A stretch of 57,604 bases of DNA from Deltaproteobacteria bacterium (lineage in GTDB: Bacteria > JAEEML01), in assembly GCA_016283195.1 (NCBI GenBank), contig JAEEML010000063.1:1-57604 (forward strand). The letters run 5' to 3'. Below, one piece after another: positions 39,156 to 48,886 of this stretch (the first letter of the stretch is position 1; every line of letters begins with the position of its first letter). A program made the translations under genes and the position numbers. Below the pieces are notes generated by a model. The model was not told where the DNA came from. It made no database searches and was given only the letters and a program-made list of their open reading frames with translations.

Positions 39156-41420
39156 ATGCTCAAAAGAATTTCAATCCTGACTAGTATTTTTTTGCTTTTC
39201 TTTGCTGCCTGCAACAAAAATAAAGGAAATGCTGTTAGCGAAGCGGAGCAAAACCTTAAAGCATATAAAGGATCAGTCGGACAAATAAATGAAGATTTGC
39301 CCAAGGTGACTGGCCCCATCATTGCCGAGGACGGTATTTTGGTAAAAAGCCATGCTTTAAAGGAAATAGATATTTCAACTATAGAGGGCAAAAAGCAATA
39401 TGGCCGGGAGGCCGCAGTTATTGCTGAGAAGGTACTAGCTTTGCAGCTCCCGGCCGCCGGTCTTTTGCAAGAAGCATATTTAAGTGGCAAATATTATTAT
39501 GCTTTTCGTGATAGTGCTCAAAATGATTTTAAAGATGCCGCTGCGGCCGCTCCTGCTATTCCCCAAGCTGAGACAGCTTTGGTGCCAATTAAAGAACCTC
39601 TAATTGGCACAGCTCTTGTAGCCACCGGTATAGTACTTACCGTGTGGGGAACTTTTAAGGCCATAAATAAGGCTGTGAATAGGACGCAGGAGATTGTCGG
39701 CGATACGGCAAGTAGTAGTGAGAGTGGTCGCAAAAATGTAATAAAAATCTTGCAAAAACGCGGTGTTAGTATCAGTGATGATGCCACGGGCGCTGAGGTG
39801 CAGAGCAAATTTGAGGAGCTGGGGCGCGATAGCCGGGCCTCCATTGCCAAAGAGGTGCGCGAATATGTCACTACCGAACTTACCCAGGAGGGCGGCGACG
39901 ACAGTTATCAGGCCGATGGCCTTATAGAGCGCGATCGCGAAAAGATGGTGGAATCGGCTAATGAACTCGGCAAAGTGGCCCTGGAGAGCACCGTGGCCGC
40001 CTCGCAACAAGTCACTGGCAATGTTGGTAATATCGTGGAGTCGGCCATTGGCGGCCAGGCCGGTAAAGCTATCGGCGCCGGTGTTGACCTTACTTTGCAA
40101 GTAACCGAAACTGACCCAGTTAAACTGGTGGAAGATAATTCCATAGTGGCCATTACCGGCGGCGAAGAAACGGTGACCATTGAGCTGCCGGCCGAGAAGT
40201 TGAGCCGGGAGGAGACGGAAAAGGCTATTAAGGAGCTTGTAGGGGGCAAAGCTGATGACAGTAAACTGACTGCCGAGCGCATCGATCTCATTGCCTTAAA
40301 CCTCATCCATTGGCATTTGGAGGAGCGCCAGCCCGGCGGTTTTGAAACCACAGAGCTAACCGGGCCGCAATATTTCCAGGTGGGCGATATTCGTCTCGAT
40401 TTGGCGCCTGGCAGCAGTGACAATAGCCCGGCTTATAAAGCTAGTGTGCCTATTGGTGTTTTCCCCGAAAATATCAAGGCCGATGTGCAGCTGCTTGCCG
40501 AGGGCATGGCGCCGGCGGAGGGCTCTTTTGTGCCAGATGGCCATGACAGTGTGGTTACTTTGCATCTGGTGCCGGAGCTGGGCACTATTTCTGTATCGGC
40601 TATTCCCGAAAGCGCGGTTCATAATTCTGCCGCTGCTTTTAATGTTGGCGGCAGAAATAGGGCTTCCTTATTTGCCGCTAATAACCATGATAATGAAGAA
40701 ACTTACCAAGTAACGGCAAAACTTGCTCATGTCTATGAAAATATTACTGTTTCACTCACGGCCACCAACGGCATGGTTTGGGGCAGTGCCAAGCAGAGCC
40801 TCTCGGCCGGCGGCGAGCTCACCTGGCTTTTGGATGTTTATGACAAAGCGCAGATTGTGGTGCGCCGCCATGACACCGGCGAATCTTACACCATGACTAT
40901 AAAGGCCGGCGAAAGTTATGGCGAAGAGTCTATAAAAGAAGAGGAAGAGCCCGCCGATAAAGATAAAATACCTATGCGCTGCGGGATAGATTTAAATGCT
41001 TGCAGCATCTTTTTAAAAGACGATTTTACCACCACTTGCGGCTCCACTCACTATGGTTACGAGCGGGTAGAAGCCTATATGCAACTGGGCTTTTGGGCTG
41101 ATTATAGCGGCATTATTATATATGAGCATCATGAATGTAAGAGTGATGGTAGTTGTCTGGGCTGTGCAGCGAACTTAACGGCCGATTTTGTTTTGGATGA
41201 GAATTGTAATATTAAACTTACCAAATATTTTAATGCTTCCAGCGATATTTATAGCGATTGCAGCGATATTAGCGATGAAGAGCTCTTAAATGAGGCCCAG
41301 TGCGCTTTTGGCAATATTGCCCTTAATAGCAGCGGTTCGCCCCTTACTTACGGTTGCGGCGGACCCAATTCTGTTTCGGTCAATGGCCATTGCCTAACAG
41401 GCGGCAGCGATTGCCGGTAG
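39156..41420 (+). CDS. Hypothetical large lipoprotein with internal hydrophobic segments and Cys-rich C-terminus
   Basis: MLKRISILTSIFLLFFAAC lipobox after GGAGG; about 750 aa. Confidence 0.8.
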   Translation: MLKRISILTSIFLLFFAACNKNKGNAVSEAEQNLKAYKGSVGQINEDLPKVTGPIIAEDGILVKSHALKEIDISTIEGKKQYGREAAVIAEKVLALQLPAAGLLQEAYLSGKYYYAFRDSAQNDFKDAAAAAPAIPQAETALVPIKEPLIGTALVATGIVLTVWGTFKAINKAVNRTQEIVGDTASSSESGRKNVIKILQKRGVSISDDATGAEVQSKFEELGRDSRASIAKEVREYVTTELTQEGGDDSYQADGLIERDREKMVESANELGKVALESTVAASQQVTGNVGNIVESAIGGQAGKAIGAGVDLTLQVTETDPVKLVEDNSIVAITGGEETVTIELPAEKLSREETEKAIKELVGGKADDSKLTAERIDLIALNLIHWHLEERQPGGFETTELTGPQYFQVGDIRLDLAPGSSDNSPAYKASVPIGVFPENIKADVQLLAEGMAPAEGSFVPDGHDSVVTLHLVPELGTISVSAIPESAVHNSAAAFNVGGRNRASLFAANNHDNEETYQVTAKLAHVYENITVSLTATNGMVWGSAKQSLSAGGELTWLLDVYDKAQIVVRRHDTGESYTMTIKAGESYGEESIKEEEEPADKDKIPMRCGIDLNACSIFLKDDFTTTCGSTHYGYERVEAYMQLGFWADYSGIIIYEHHECKSDGSCLGCAANLTADFVLDENCNIKLTKYFNASSDIYSDCSDISDEELLNEAQCAFGNIALNSSGSPLTYGCGGPNSVSVNGHCLTGGSDCR

Positions 41421-41479
41421 GGCACATTAACGGCCGGAATTTTTTGAAGAAAAGATTATATATTTCCGAGGATTGCGTG

Positions 41480-42502
41480 ATGACAGCGGTGAATGCCGAC
41501 AGCAAAATATCATCTACGCCTTTGCGTGATGATTACATAGATGCTCTGAAAGGCCTTTTGATATTTTTGGTTGTATATGGGCATCTTCTTGAAGAAAATG
41601 CCCCTGATGGGAGTGTCAACTGCGCCATAAGGACTTTTATCTATTTGTTTCACATGCCGCTTTTTATTTTTTTGTCGGGGATGTTTTCCCATGTCAAAAG
41701 CCGGGAGCGGTATTTGTTAAGTATTATAAAATTAATGGAAACATACGCAGTTTTTCAATTATTACATTATGTTATACCATTGCCGAAAAATCATGGCGTT
41801 TTTTCTTTTACTAACTACATTACTTTTCCGACCTGGACACTGTGGTATATTTTGTCTCTCGTTTCCTGGCGTTTAATCATTTATTTTTTTGCCGAGACCT
41901 CGCTAAATAACAATAAAATTAAGACTATGTGCTTAGCGTTATTTATAAGTCTGGCCGGTGGGTTCATCCCGGTCGGCTCTGAGCTTTCCTTGCAGAGAAC
42001 TATGTGCTTTTGGCCCTTTTTTATGGCCGGATATTACCTTAATCCGGATATAGTTAAAAGAATTGTTAAAAAAATGCCCTGCTGGCTGGCCATCATAATA
42101 TGTGCCGGCGCATTGGCCTTTTTGTATTTTATAATGGGCAAGAGCCTGGGGCATGTTAGCTACGGTTCGTATAATTATTACAGCGCGAGCAGCGAGCTCA
42201 AAGGCCTTCTTATGCGCTTGAGCTTTTTTCTGGCAGCTATTTCTCTTTCTATAGCGGTGATGCGGCTTACACCAAATTGCCAATTCCTGGCCAAGATAGG
42301 GAAAAAGACATTATTTATTTATATGGCACATTCGTTTGTAGCGGCGGTTATTTATTATTTGGATCGGCGCTTTTCCTGGCTAGGCCTCGCGCCGTCAATC
42401 TTCTTGATTGCACTGATTACAACTTATTTGCTCTATTTATTGTCAAAAACCAAAGCGGCGCTTTTGCTTAATCCGCTAAGTACAATAATGCGCTTTTTTT
42501 AA
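41480..42502 (+). CDS. Acyltransferase-3 family O-acyltransferase
   Basis: RDDYIDALKGLLIFLVVYGH, IYLFHMPLFIFLSG, TLWYILSL, IGKKTLFIYMAH; many TM helices; AT-rich. Confidence 0.9.
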   Translation: MTAVNADSKISSTPLRDDYIDALKGLLIFLVVYGHLLEENAPDGSVNCAIRTFIYLFHMPLFIFLSGMFSHVKSRERYLLSIIKLMETYAVFQLLHYVIPLPKNHGVFSFTNYITFPTWTLWYILSLVSWRLIIYFFAETSLNNNKIKTMCLALFISLAGGFIPVGSELSLQRTMCFWPFFMAGYYLNPDIVKRIVKKMPCWLAIIICAGALAFLYFIMGKSLGHVSYGSYNYYSASSELKGLLMRLSFFLAAISLSIAVMRLTPNCQFLAKIGKKTLFIYMAHSFVAAVIYYLDRRFSWLGLAPSIFLIALITTYLLYLLSKTKAALLLNPLSTIMRFF

Positions 42503-42903
42503 CTCAAAAGCCCTTCTAAAAGCCCTAAAATCTCTTCATCGGCCGGTAGCCACTTCACCGAATGCAGATCTTTTTTACTGAGCCAGGCGGCGTTTTCGTG
42601 CTCTAAAAGGGTGAGGCGACCGGAAACCAAAGAGCACAAAAATGAGTCCATGGAAAGGTGAAATTCCGGGTAATCATATTCTATAGTGGTTAAAAAGCGC
42701 TCCACCGCTATTTCACTTGCCAGTTCCTCAAAAATTTCTCTTTTCAGCGCCGCTTCCGGGCTTTCGCCGGCCTCGATTTTGCCGCCGGGAAATTCCCACC
42801 AGTCTTTCCAGGGGCCATAGCCTCTTTGGGTGGCAAAAAGCGCTTTTTCGCCGCCGGGCGTCTTGCTAATAATTATGGCACAAACTACTTTAACTTGTTT
42901 CAT
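42499..42903 (-). CDS. mutT: Nudix (deoxy)nucleoside triphosphate pyrophosphohydrolase, MutT-like
   Basis: WEFPGGKIEAGESPEAALKREIFEEL Nudix box; WLPAD. Confidence 0.9.
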   Translation of the reverse strand: MKQVKVVCAIIISKTPGGEKALFATQRGYGPWKDWWEFPGGKIEAGESPEAALKREIFEELASEIAVERFLTTIEYDYPEFHLSMDSFLCSLVSGRLTLLEHENAAWLSKKDLHSVKWLPADEEILGLLEGLLS

Positions 42904-42923
42904 TTTGGGCTCTTATGAGGCTT

Positions 42924-43715
42924 TTATACTGCGGGAAGATTAAAAAATCTTCTGGTGTTTTCGCTAGTTATTTTAGCTACTTCGGTGAGAGAAAGCTGCC
43001 AGGTTTCCGCCAGAACTTTAGCCGTTTCCACCATAAAAGCCGGCTCATTGGGGCGGCCCCTATAGGGCACCGGCGCGAGGTATGGTGCATCGGTTTCCAA
43101 AAGAATGCGCTCATGGGGCAGAGTGGCAAAAATGTCGCGCAGTTCGGCCCCCTTTTTAAAAGTGATGATGCCCGGCGCTGAGAGGTAAAAGCCCATATCA
43201 AGATAGGCGGCGGCATCGGCGGCGGTGCCGGTAAAGCAGTGAATTAACGCCGGATTTCCCGAAAATTCTTCTCTAAAAATGGCCCGCGCTTCTTCGTGGG
43301 CATCGCGGATGTGCGCTATAACCGGCAGGGCGAGCTCTTTGGCCATATTAAGCTGGCGGCGAAAGAGGGCGCGCTGGTTTTCCGGAGTGCTTAAGTTATA
43401 AAAATAATCGAGCCCAATCTCGCCGACGGCCAGCGCTTTGGGGTGATTTTTAAGTGCGGTGGCATATTGGGCTAAAATTTCTTCGCTAACCTCATCGGCT
43501 TCATGGGGATGCACCCCGGCGGCGAAGTAAATTTCCTGATAATTATCAGCTAGATTCATGGCGTAGCCCAGGTTGTCATCTTTGATTGAGGCTACAATAG
43601 TAATCATGGTATCTATTTGAGCTGCGCGCGCCCGCTCAATAATAGCCGGAATGAGGGCCGGGTCGTCATTTTCGTAAGTATAAGGGTCAAGGTGACAGTG
43701 GCTATCTATAAACAT
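42924..43715 (-). CDS. tatD: TatD-family DNase
   Basis: FIDSHCHL, GVHPH, VGEIGLDY, AHIRDA, IHCFTG, LLETDAPYLAP. Confidence 0.96.
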   Translation of the reverse strand: MFIDSHCHLDPYTYENDDPALIPAIIERARAAQIDTMITIVASIKDDNLGYAMNLADNYQEIYFAAGVHPHEADEVSEEILAQYATALKNHPKALAVGEIGLDYFYNLSTPENQRALFRRQLNMAKELALPVIAHIRDAHEEARAIFREEFSGNPALIHCFTGTAADAAAYLDMGFYLSAPGIITFKKGAELRDIFATLPHERILLETDAPYLAPVPYRGRPNEPAFMVETAKVLAETWQLSLTEVAKITSENTRRFFNLPAV

Positions 43716-43976
43716 GGCTTCCTCCCGCCGCTCATTTAGAATATTTAGGGGGAAAAAGGCAATCTAAAAAAACGCGGCGAAATTAGAGAGTAGCTGCTAT
43801 GAAATAAAAGGCACTGGTGAAATTTTTGTGATTTGGAACAAAAATTTCACATCTCATTGTGGTTATTTTTTAAGATAGCTAAATTAACCCTTTAAAAGAG
43901 CTGGAAAGTTAAACTCTTTTGCCCTATAATGCCGGCCTCGGCTGTAGCCTTGCAGCTAAAGAGTAAGGAGTAATAG

Positions 43977-44414
43977 ATGAGTGACGTTAGTGAAATTCAA
44001 GAAATTAAACTGGGTGCCGAAGTTGATGCCATGTGTTCAAAATGCAAATTGGAACGTGGCCATGTTATTACCGCCATTGTCGATGGCGAGATAAAAAAAG
44101 TGCGCTGCAACAGCTGCGGCTATGAACACGCTTTTAAGAAAAAAGCCGCCAGCAAAAAGAAAACCAAAGAAGTATCCACCGATGCCGCTACCTCGAGCCC
44201 GGTAACAACCGCCCAATATGAGCGGGTAATCGGTAATCGCGACATAAGCGAAGCGAAGCCTTATGCCTTTTCCACCAAATTTGCCGAAGGCGATATGATA
44301 AAACACGCCACTTTTGGCACCGGCATTGTGACCGCCGTTAAAGATGATCACAAAATATCGGTAATGTTCCCGGATCGCCTCCGCCTCTTGGCCCACGACC
44401 GCACTTCCATCTGA
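43977..44414 (+). CDS. Hypothetical protein: Zn ribbon plus C-terminal Tudor/SH3-like domain
   Basis: CSKC and CNSC pairs; FAEGDMIKHATFGTGIV; AAGGAG RBS. Confidence 0.75.
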   Translation: MSDVSEIQEIKLGAEVDAMCSKCKLERGHVITAIVDGEIKKVRCNSCGYEHAFKKKAASKKKTKEVSTDAATSSPVTTAQYERVIGNRDISEAKPYAFSTKFAEGDMIKHATFGTGIVTAVKDDHKISVMFPDRLRLLAHDRTSI

Positions 44415-44495
44415 TAAATTTGGCTTTTCTAGGCGGAATAAGCTGGCTCCTCGCGGCAAAAAAGCGCGCGGGGCGGCTATGTATGTGAGGAATTT

Positions 44496-45581
44496 ATGAT
44501 TCAGCCTCCAGAGATTTTTAAGCTTTTAAATCGCGAAGTTATCGGCCAAGATGCCGCTCTCCGCGAGATGGCGGTGGCTATATATAAGCATCTTATCAGC
44601 CACCGAACTGGCAATGTGCTCTTAATCGGCAACTCCGGCACCGGCAAAACCACTATCATGCGTTCTGTGGAGCGCTTTTTTGCCGAGGAGAAGGAGCTCG
44701 CCCGCTTTTCCACCATCATCCGCATTAATGCCAATTTAGTGGCTGACCTCGCCACCAAAGGGGCGCAGTCCAATGTGGTGATGGAGCGCCTCGCTCGCCA
44801 GGCCACCACTGTTTTGGGCAATAACGCCACTAAAGAGAATGTCATCGACTACACAGCCCACGGCATTGTCTGTGTGGATGAAGTGGATAAAATCCGCGCC
44901 GAAGTTGGCGGCGAGCCCAGCATTAAGGGCATTATTGCTCAGGATAGCCTGCTCACCCTCATGGAAAACGAAAATGTCCATGTAAAAATTACTTATATCG
45001 AAAACGGCAGCTGGCAAGAGGGGGTGGTGCCCATCAATACCGCCCATGTGCTCTTTATCGCCGGCGGTGCTTTTGAAGAGCTCTATGGCCAGGTTTTAGA
45101 CCGCGTTACCGAGCACGGCGGCATGAGCAGCCTGATGAAGCTGGTGCCCAAAGCCGACGGCACCTTGGAGCGCCGGGTAGTTTTTAAACTGGGCGACCAT
45201 TTGCGCCATGAAGATCTCTTTCGCTATGGCATGACGCCGCAATTTATCGCCCGCTTTGCCAGCATCATCATGCTGGGCGACCTCTCCCCGCGCGACCTGG
45301 TCTCTATCTTTTGCGATATTCCGCACGCCATCTGGCCCACGGCGCAGGAATACTTTGCCGGCCTGGGGATCAACTTGCAAATTACCGAGGGGGCCAAAAT
45401 GCTTCTTGCCGATAAAGCCTCAGAAAATAACCGCCTGGGCGCCCGCGCGCTCACTGAGGTCTTTGGGCGCATGATTAAGCAATATGAGTATAACCCCCTG
45501 GATAATCCGCACCTGGTGGATAATGGCAGCGAAAAGGTGCTGACCATCACCGAAGAGCTGGTGAAAGAGGCGTTTAAATAA
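44496..45581 (+). CDS. ClpX-like AAA+ ATPase lacking the N-terminal Zn domain
   Basis: EVIGQDAA, NVLLIGNSGTGKT, VCVDEVDKI, QDSLLTLME, VLFIAGGAF, YGMTPQFIARF, LGARAL. Confidence 0.85.
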   Translation: MIQPPEIFKLLNREVIGQDAALREMAVAIYKHLISHRTGNVLLIGNSGTGKTTIMRSVERFFAEEKELARFSTIIRINANLVADLATKGAQSNVVMERLARQATTVLGNNATKENVIDYTAHGIVCVDEVDKIRAEVGGEPSIKGIIAQDSLLTLMENENVHVKITYIENGSWQEGVVPINTAHVLFIAGGAFEELYGQVLDRVTEHGGMSSLMKLVPKADGTLERRVVFKLGDHLRHEDLFRYGMTPQFIARFASIIMLGDLSPRDLVSIFCDIPHAIWPTAQEYFAGLGINLQITEGAKMLLADKASENNRLGARALTEVFGRMIKQYEYNPLDNPHLVDNGSEKVLTITEELVKEAFK

Positions 45582-45610
45582 AAATTACTATATTAAATAA
45601 GGAGTAACCC

Positions 45611-47662
45611 ATGAAAAAACTATCTTCCTACTCTCTAGCTATGGCCTTTGTTTTGGCCGGCTGCGGCGGCTCAGGGGCTAATAATAAACCTGTTCCCGCC
45701 CCCAAAGCGGAAGTGGCTCCGGCTGAGCAAGCTCCCGCTATTTTCCCCACTGTTTATAATGAGCCGGCAGTGCTTACTAAAGCCTGTGACGAAGTTTTGG
45801 CGAGAGCCCAGGAACTGGCCGCCAAAATCAAGAGCGACCATGCCGCCGGGCAGCACGAAAATATTTTGGCCATTATGAATGATTTGCTCATAACCATGGA
45901 CAGCGTGGGCCCTATGAGTTACCTTTTGAGCCAGGTACACCCCAGTGAAGAACTGCGCAAGAGTGCCGAGGAGTGCACTCAAAAGCTGGAAGCTTTCTCC
46001 ACTGCGCTCTCCCTCGATGCCGACCTTTTTGCCGCTTTGAATGCCCTTGATGCCACTAAACTTAGCGGCGAGGCAGCTCGCTTTTTTGATAAGATTATGC
46101 TGGGTTACAAGCGCTCCGGCGTGGATAAGAGCGCCGAAATCCGCGAAAAGATTGCCTCTTTGAAGAAGGACGATGTCCTTTATGGCCAAAAATTTCACAA
46201 AGCCATTACCGATGGCACCGGCAAAATGAATGTGGCTATTGCCGATTTGGAGGGGCTGCCCGAAGATTTTATTAAGCGTCACCCGGTAAATGAGGACGGC
46301 ACCATCACCATCACCACCGATTACCCGGACTTCTTCCCGGTGGAAACTTATGCCAAAAAGCGTGAAATCCGCGAAAAGCTCTACAAACTCTTTTTGGAGC
46401 GCGGCTACCCGGAAAACGAAGAGAATCTCAAAAAACTTTTGCAAATTCGCTATGATATAGCCCAAACTCTCGGTTATCCCACTTGGGCAGAGTATAATGC
46501 CGAAGATAAAATGATTGGCAATGCCGCCGCTATTGACTCTTTTGTGAACAAAGTGGCCGCTTTGGTGCGTCCCAAGATGGAGAGCGATCTCAAGGAGATG
46601 TTAGCCGCGCTTCAGGCCGAATACCCCGAAGCCAAAGTGGTGGAAGTTTGGGACCGCTTCTATTATCAAAAGCAGTTGCAAGCTAAAAATTACCAGCTCG
46701 ATTCCCAGGAAGTGCGCTCCTATTTTAATTATCCGGATGTAAAAAGCGGCCTTTTGGCAATAGCCCAAAAACTCTATGGTCTAACCTTTGTGCGCGATGA
46801 AGCGGCGCCGGTGTGGCATGAAAGCGTAGAAGCTTACAAAGTGCTGGAAAACGGTGCTCCTATTGCCGTTTTTTACCTCGATATGCACCCCAGAGCCGGT
46901 AAATATGGCCATGCCGCCATGTTTGAAATAAGAAACGGTATTACCGGGCGCGTTATCCCGGCCGGCAGCCTGGTTTGTAACTTTCCAGCCCCCGGAGGCG
47001 AAAGTAAACTGGCTCTTATGGAACACAGCGATGTTACTACTTTCTTCCATGAATTTGGCCACTTAATGCACCAACTTGTTTCCGGCCGCCACGATTATCC
47101 CAATCTCTCCGGCGTCTCCACCGAGTGGGATTTTGTGGAAGCTCCTTCGCAGCTCTTTGAAGAGTGGGCTTGGGATCATGAAGTTCTTTCCACTTTTGCC
47201 AAAAAAGCCGATGGCACGGTTATCAGCAAGGAGCTGGTGGAGCGCATGAAAGCGGCCGATGAATTTGGCAAAGGTGTCCATGTTGGCCGCCAGATGTTTT
47301 ATGCCGCTCTTTCCTATTATTACTATGCCGAAGACCCGGCAAATATCGATTTATTGAAAAAGTATAATGAAGTGCAGGCCAAATATAGCCCCTATCCGCA
47401 AGTAGAAGGCACCCATCCTTATGCCAATTTCGGCCATCTTGATGGCTATAGCTCCATGTATTACACCTATATGTGGTCGCTTGTTATTGCCAAAGATCTT
47501 TTGACCAAATTTGACGGCAATTTGCTTAATGCCGAGGTATTTAAAGCCTATAAAGAAAAAATTCTGGCCCAGGGCGGAGCCAAACCGGCTAAAGAGCTGG
47601 TGGAAGACTTCTTGGGGCGCGAGAGCGACTTTAAGGCTTATTCTGATTGGCTGATGAAATAA
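45611..47662 (+). CDS. M3-family Zn oligopeptidase (thimet/neurolysin-like), lipoprotein
   Basis: LAGC lipobox, YLDMHPRAGKYGHAA, FHEFGHLMH, DFVEAPSQLFEEW, YYTYMWS. Confidence 0.95.
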   Translation: MKKLSSYSLAMAFVLAGCGGSGANNKPVPAPKAEVAPAEQAPAIFPTVYNEPAVLTKACDEVLARAQELAAKIKSDHAAGQHENILAIMNDLLITMDSVGPMSYLLSQVHPSEELRKSAEECTQKLEAFSTALSLDADLFAALNALDATKLSGEAARFFDKIMLGYKRSGVDKSAEIREKIASLKKDDVLYGQKFHKAITDGTGKMNVAIADLEGLPEDFIKRHPVNEDGTITITTDYPDFFPVETYAKKREIREKLYKLFLERGYPENEENLKKLLQIRYDIAQTLGYPTWAEYNAEDKMIGNAAAIDSFVNKVAALVRPKMESDLKEMLAALQAEYPEAKVVEVWDRFYYQKQLQAKNYQLDSQEVRSYFNYPDVKSGLLAIAQKLYGLTFVRDEAAPVWHESVEAYKVLENGAPIAVFYLDMHPRAGKYGHAAMFEIRNGITGRVIPAGSLVCNFPAPGGESKLALMEHSDVTTFFHEFGHLMHQLVSGRHDYPNLSGVSTEWDFVEAPSQLFEEWAWDHEVLSTFAKKADGTVISKELVERMKAADEFGKGVHVGRQMFYAALSYYYYAEDPANIDLLKKYNEVQAKYSPYPQVEGTHPYANFGHLDGYSSMYYTYMWSLVIAKDLLTKFDGNLLNAEVFKAYKEKILAQGGAKPAKELVEDFLGRESDFKAYSDWLMK

Positions 47663-47686
47663 TTCACTTTTTGCCGGAGTGGCCGC

Positions 47687-48820
47687 ATGGCTATAGCCCA
47701 AGATTTAGCTAACCTGGCATCGGCTTTTGCTTTTGAAGGAGAACCTACTAAGGCTCAGGCAATAGCAAGCGGCCATATTAACCGCACCTATTATCTCACC
47801 TACGATAATGGCCGGGGCGGGGAAAATTACTATCTTTTACAAAAGATAAATAGCGCGGTTTTTCAAGATGTGCCCGCTTTAATGGCCAATGTGGCCCGGC
47901 TTTTGGCCTATTTTAAAAATGAGCCGCATATAAGCGAAGAGCTTTTTTACGGCCGGGAGCCGGAGCTTATTTTTACTAAAAATGGCGCTTCTTTTCTGGC
48001 GGCAGCGGATGGCTCCTTCTGGCGCGCTTATACCTTCATCGGCGCGGCCACAATCTTAAAGGAGCCGGCTTTAGTGGAAATTAGAGCGGCGGCCTTTGCC
48101 TATGGCTCGCTGGCCAGGCGCCTGGCTAATTTGTCCTGTGAATTATTTAATGAGACTATCCCCAATTTTCATGCCCTAAAAAGCCGCCTTCTGGCCTTTA
48201 ACGCGGCTCTTTCGGCCGCAGCCGAAGAGCGGCCGGAGCGCTACAAAAAAGTTTTACCTTTGGCGCAAAAATTATCGGCCATGGCTACCCTGGCTTTGCC
48301 GCTGGCTAAGGCTATAGCCAGCGGTGAGCTGCCGCGCCGCCTGGCTCACAACGATACCAAATTGAGCAACATACTCTTTGCTAAAGAGAGCCATGAGCCG
48401 CTCTCTATTATAGATTTTGATACAGTAATGCCCGGTTCGCCGCTCTATGATTTTGGCGATTTGGTGCGTAGCGCGGCGGCGACAGGTGCTGAAGATGAGC
48501 CGGAAGGAATGGAAATTTCCCTGGAAAAATACGAGGTTATCTGTCAGGGCTTTATTCCGCCGCTACTCCCCATATTAAATGAGGCCGAGCGGGAATACCT
48601 GCCGCTGGCGCCGCTTACCATTACCTGCGAACTCTCTTTGCGCTTTTTTGCCGATTACCTTAGCGGCGACCACTATTTTGCCATTCATTACCCAGAGCAG
48701 AATTTTAAACGCGGCCTGGCTCAGCTAAAGTTGGCTGAGTCTATGGCTGAAAGGGCAGGTGAAATGGCCAAAATTGCCAAAAATAACTTATCGCCGCAAA
48801 ATTTGAAAAAAGTATATTGA
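47687..48820 (+). CDS. Phosphotransferase of the APH / N-acetylhexosamine 1-kinase family
   Basis: GHINRTY, LQKIN..VF, ETIPNFH, RLAHNDTKLSNIL, IIDFDTVMPG..YDFGD. Confidence 0.88.
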   Translation: MAIAQDLANLASAFAFEGEPTKAQAIASGHINRTYYLTYDNGRGGENYYLLQKINSAVFQDVPALMANVARLLAYFKNEPHISEELFYGREPELIFTKNGASFLAAADGSFWRAYTFIGAATILKEPALVEIRAAAFAYGSLARRLANLSCELFNETIPNFHALKSRLLAFNAALSAAAEERPERYKKVLPLAQKLSAMATLALPLAKAIASGELPRRLAHNDTKLSNILFAKESHEPLSIIDFDTVMPGSPLYDFGDLVRSAAATGAEDEPEGMEISLEKYEVICQGFIPPLLPILNEAEREYLPLAPLTITCELSLRFFADYLSGDHYFAIHYPEQNFKRGLAQLKLAESMAERAGEMAKIAKNNLSPQNLKKVY

Positions 48821-48886
48821 CTATTTATCGCCATTTCTTAACTATGAGCTCATGTGGTGTTTCTCGGAAAATACTGGAGCTTAATC

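Noticed and set aside
47687-48820. Aminoglycoside resistance gene
   Set aside because: Motifs fit the sugar-kinase (NahK-like) branch of the APH fold rather than drug-modifying APH enzymes.
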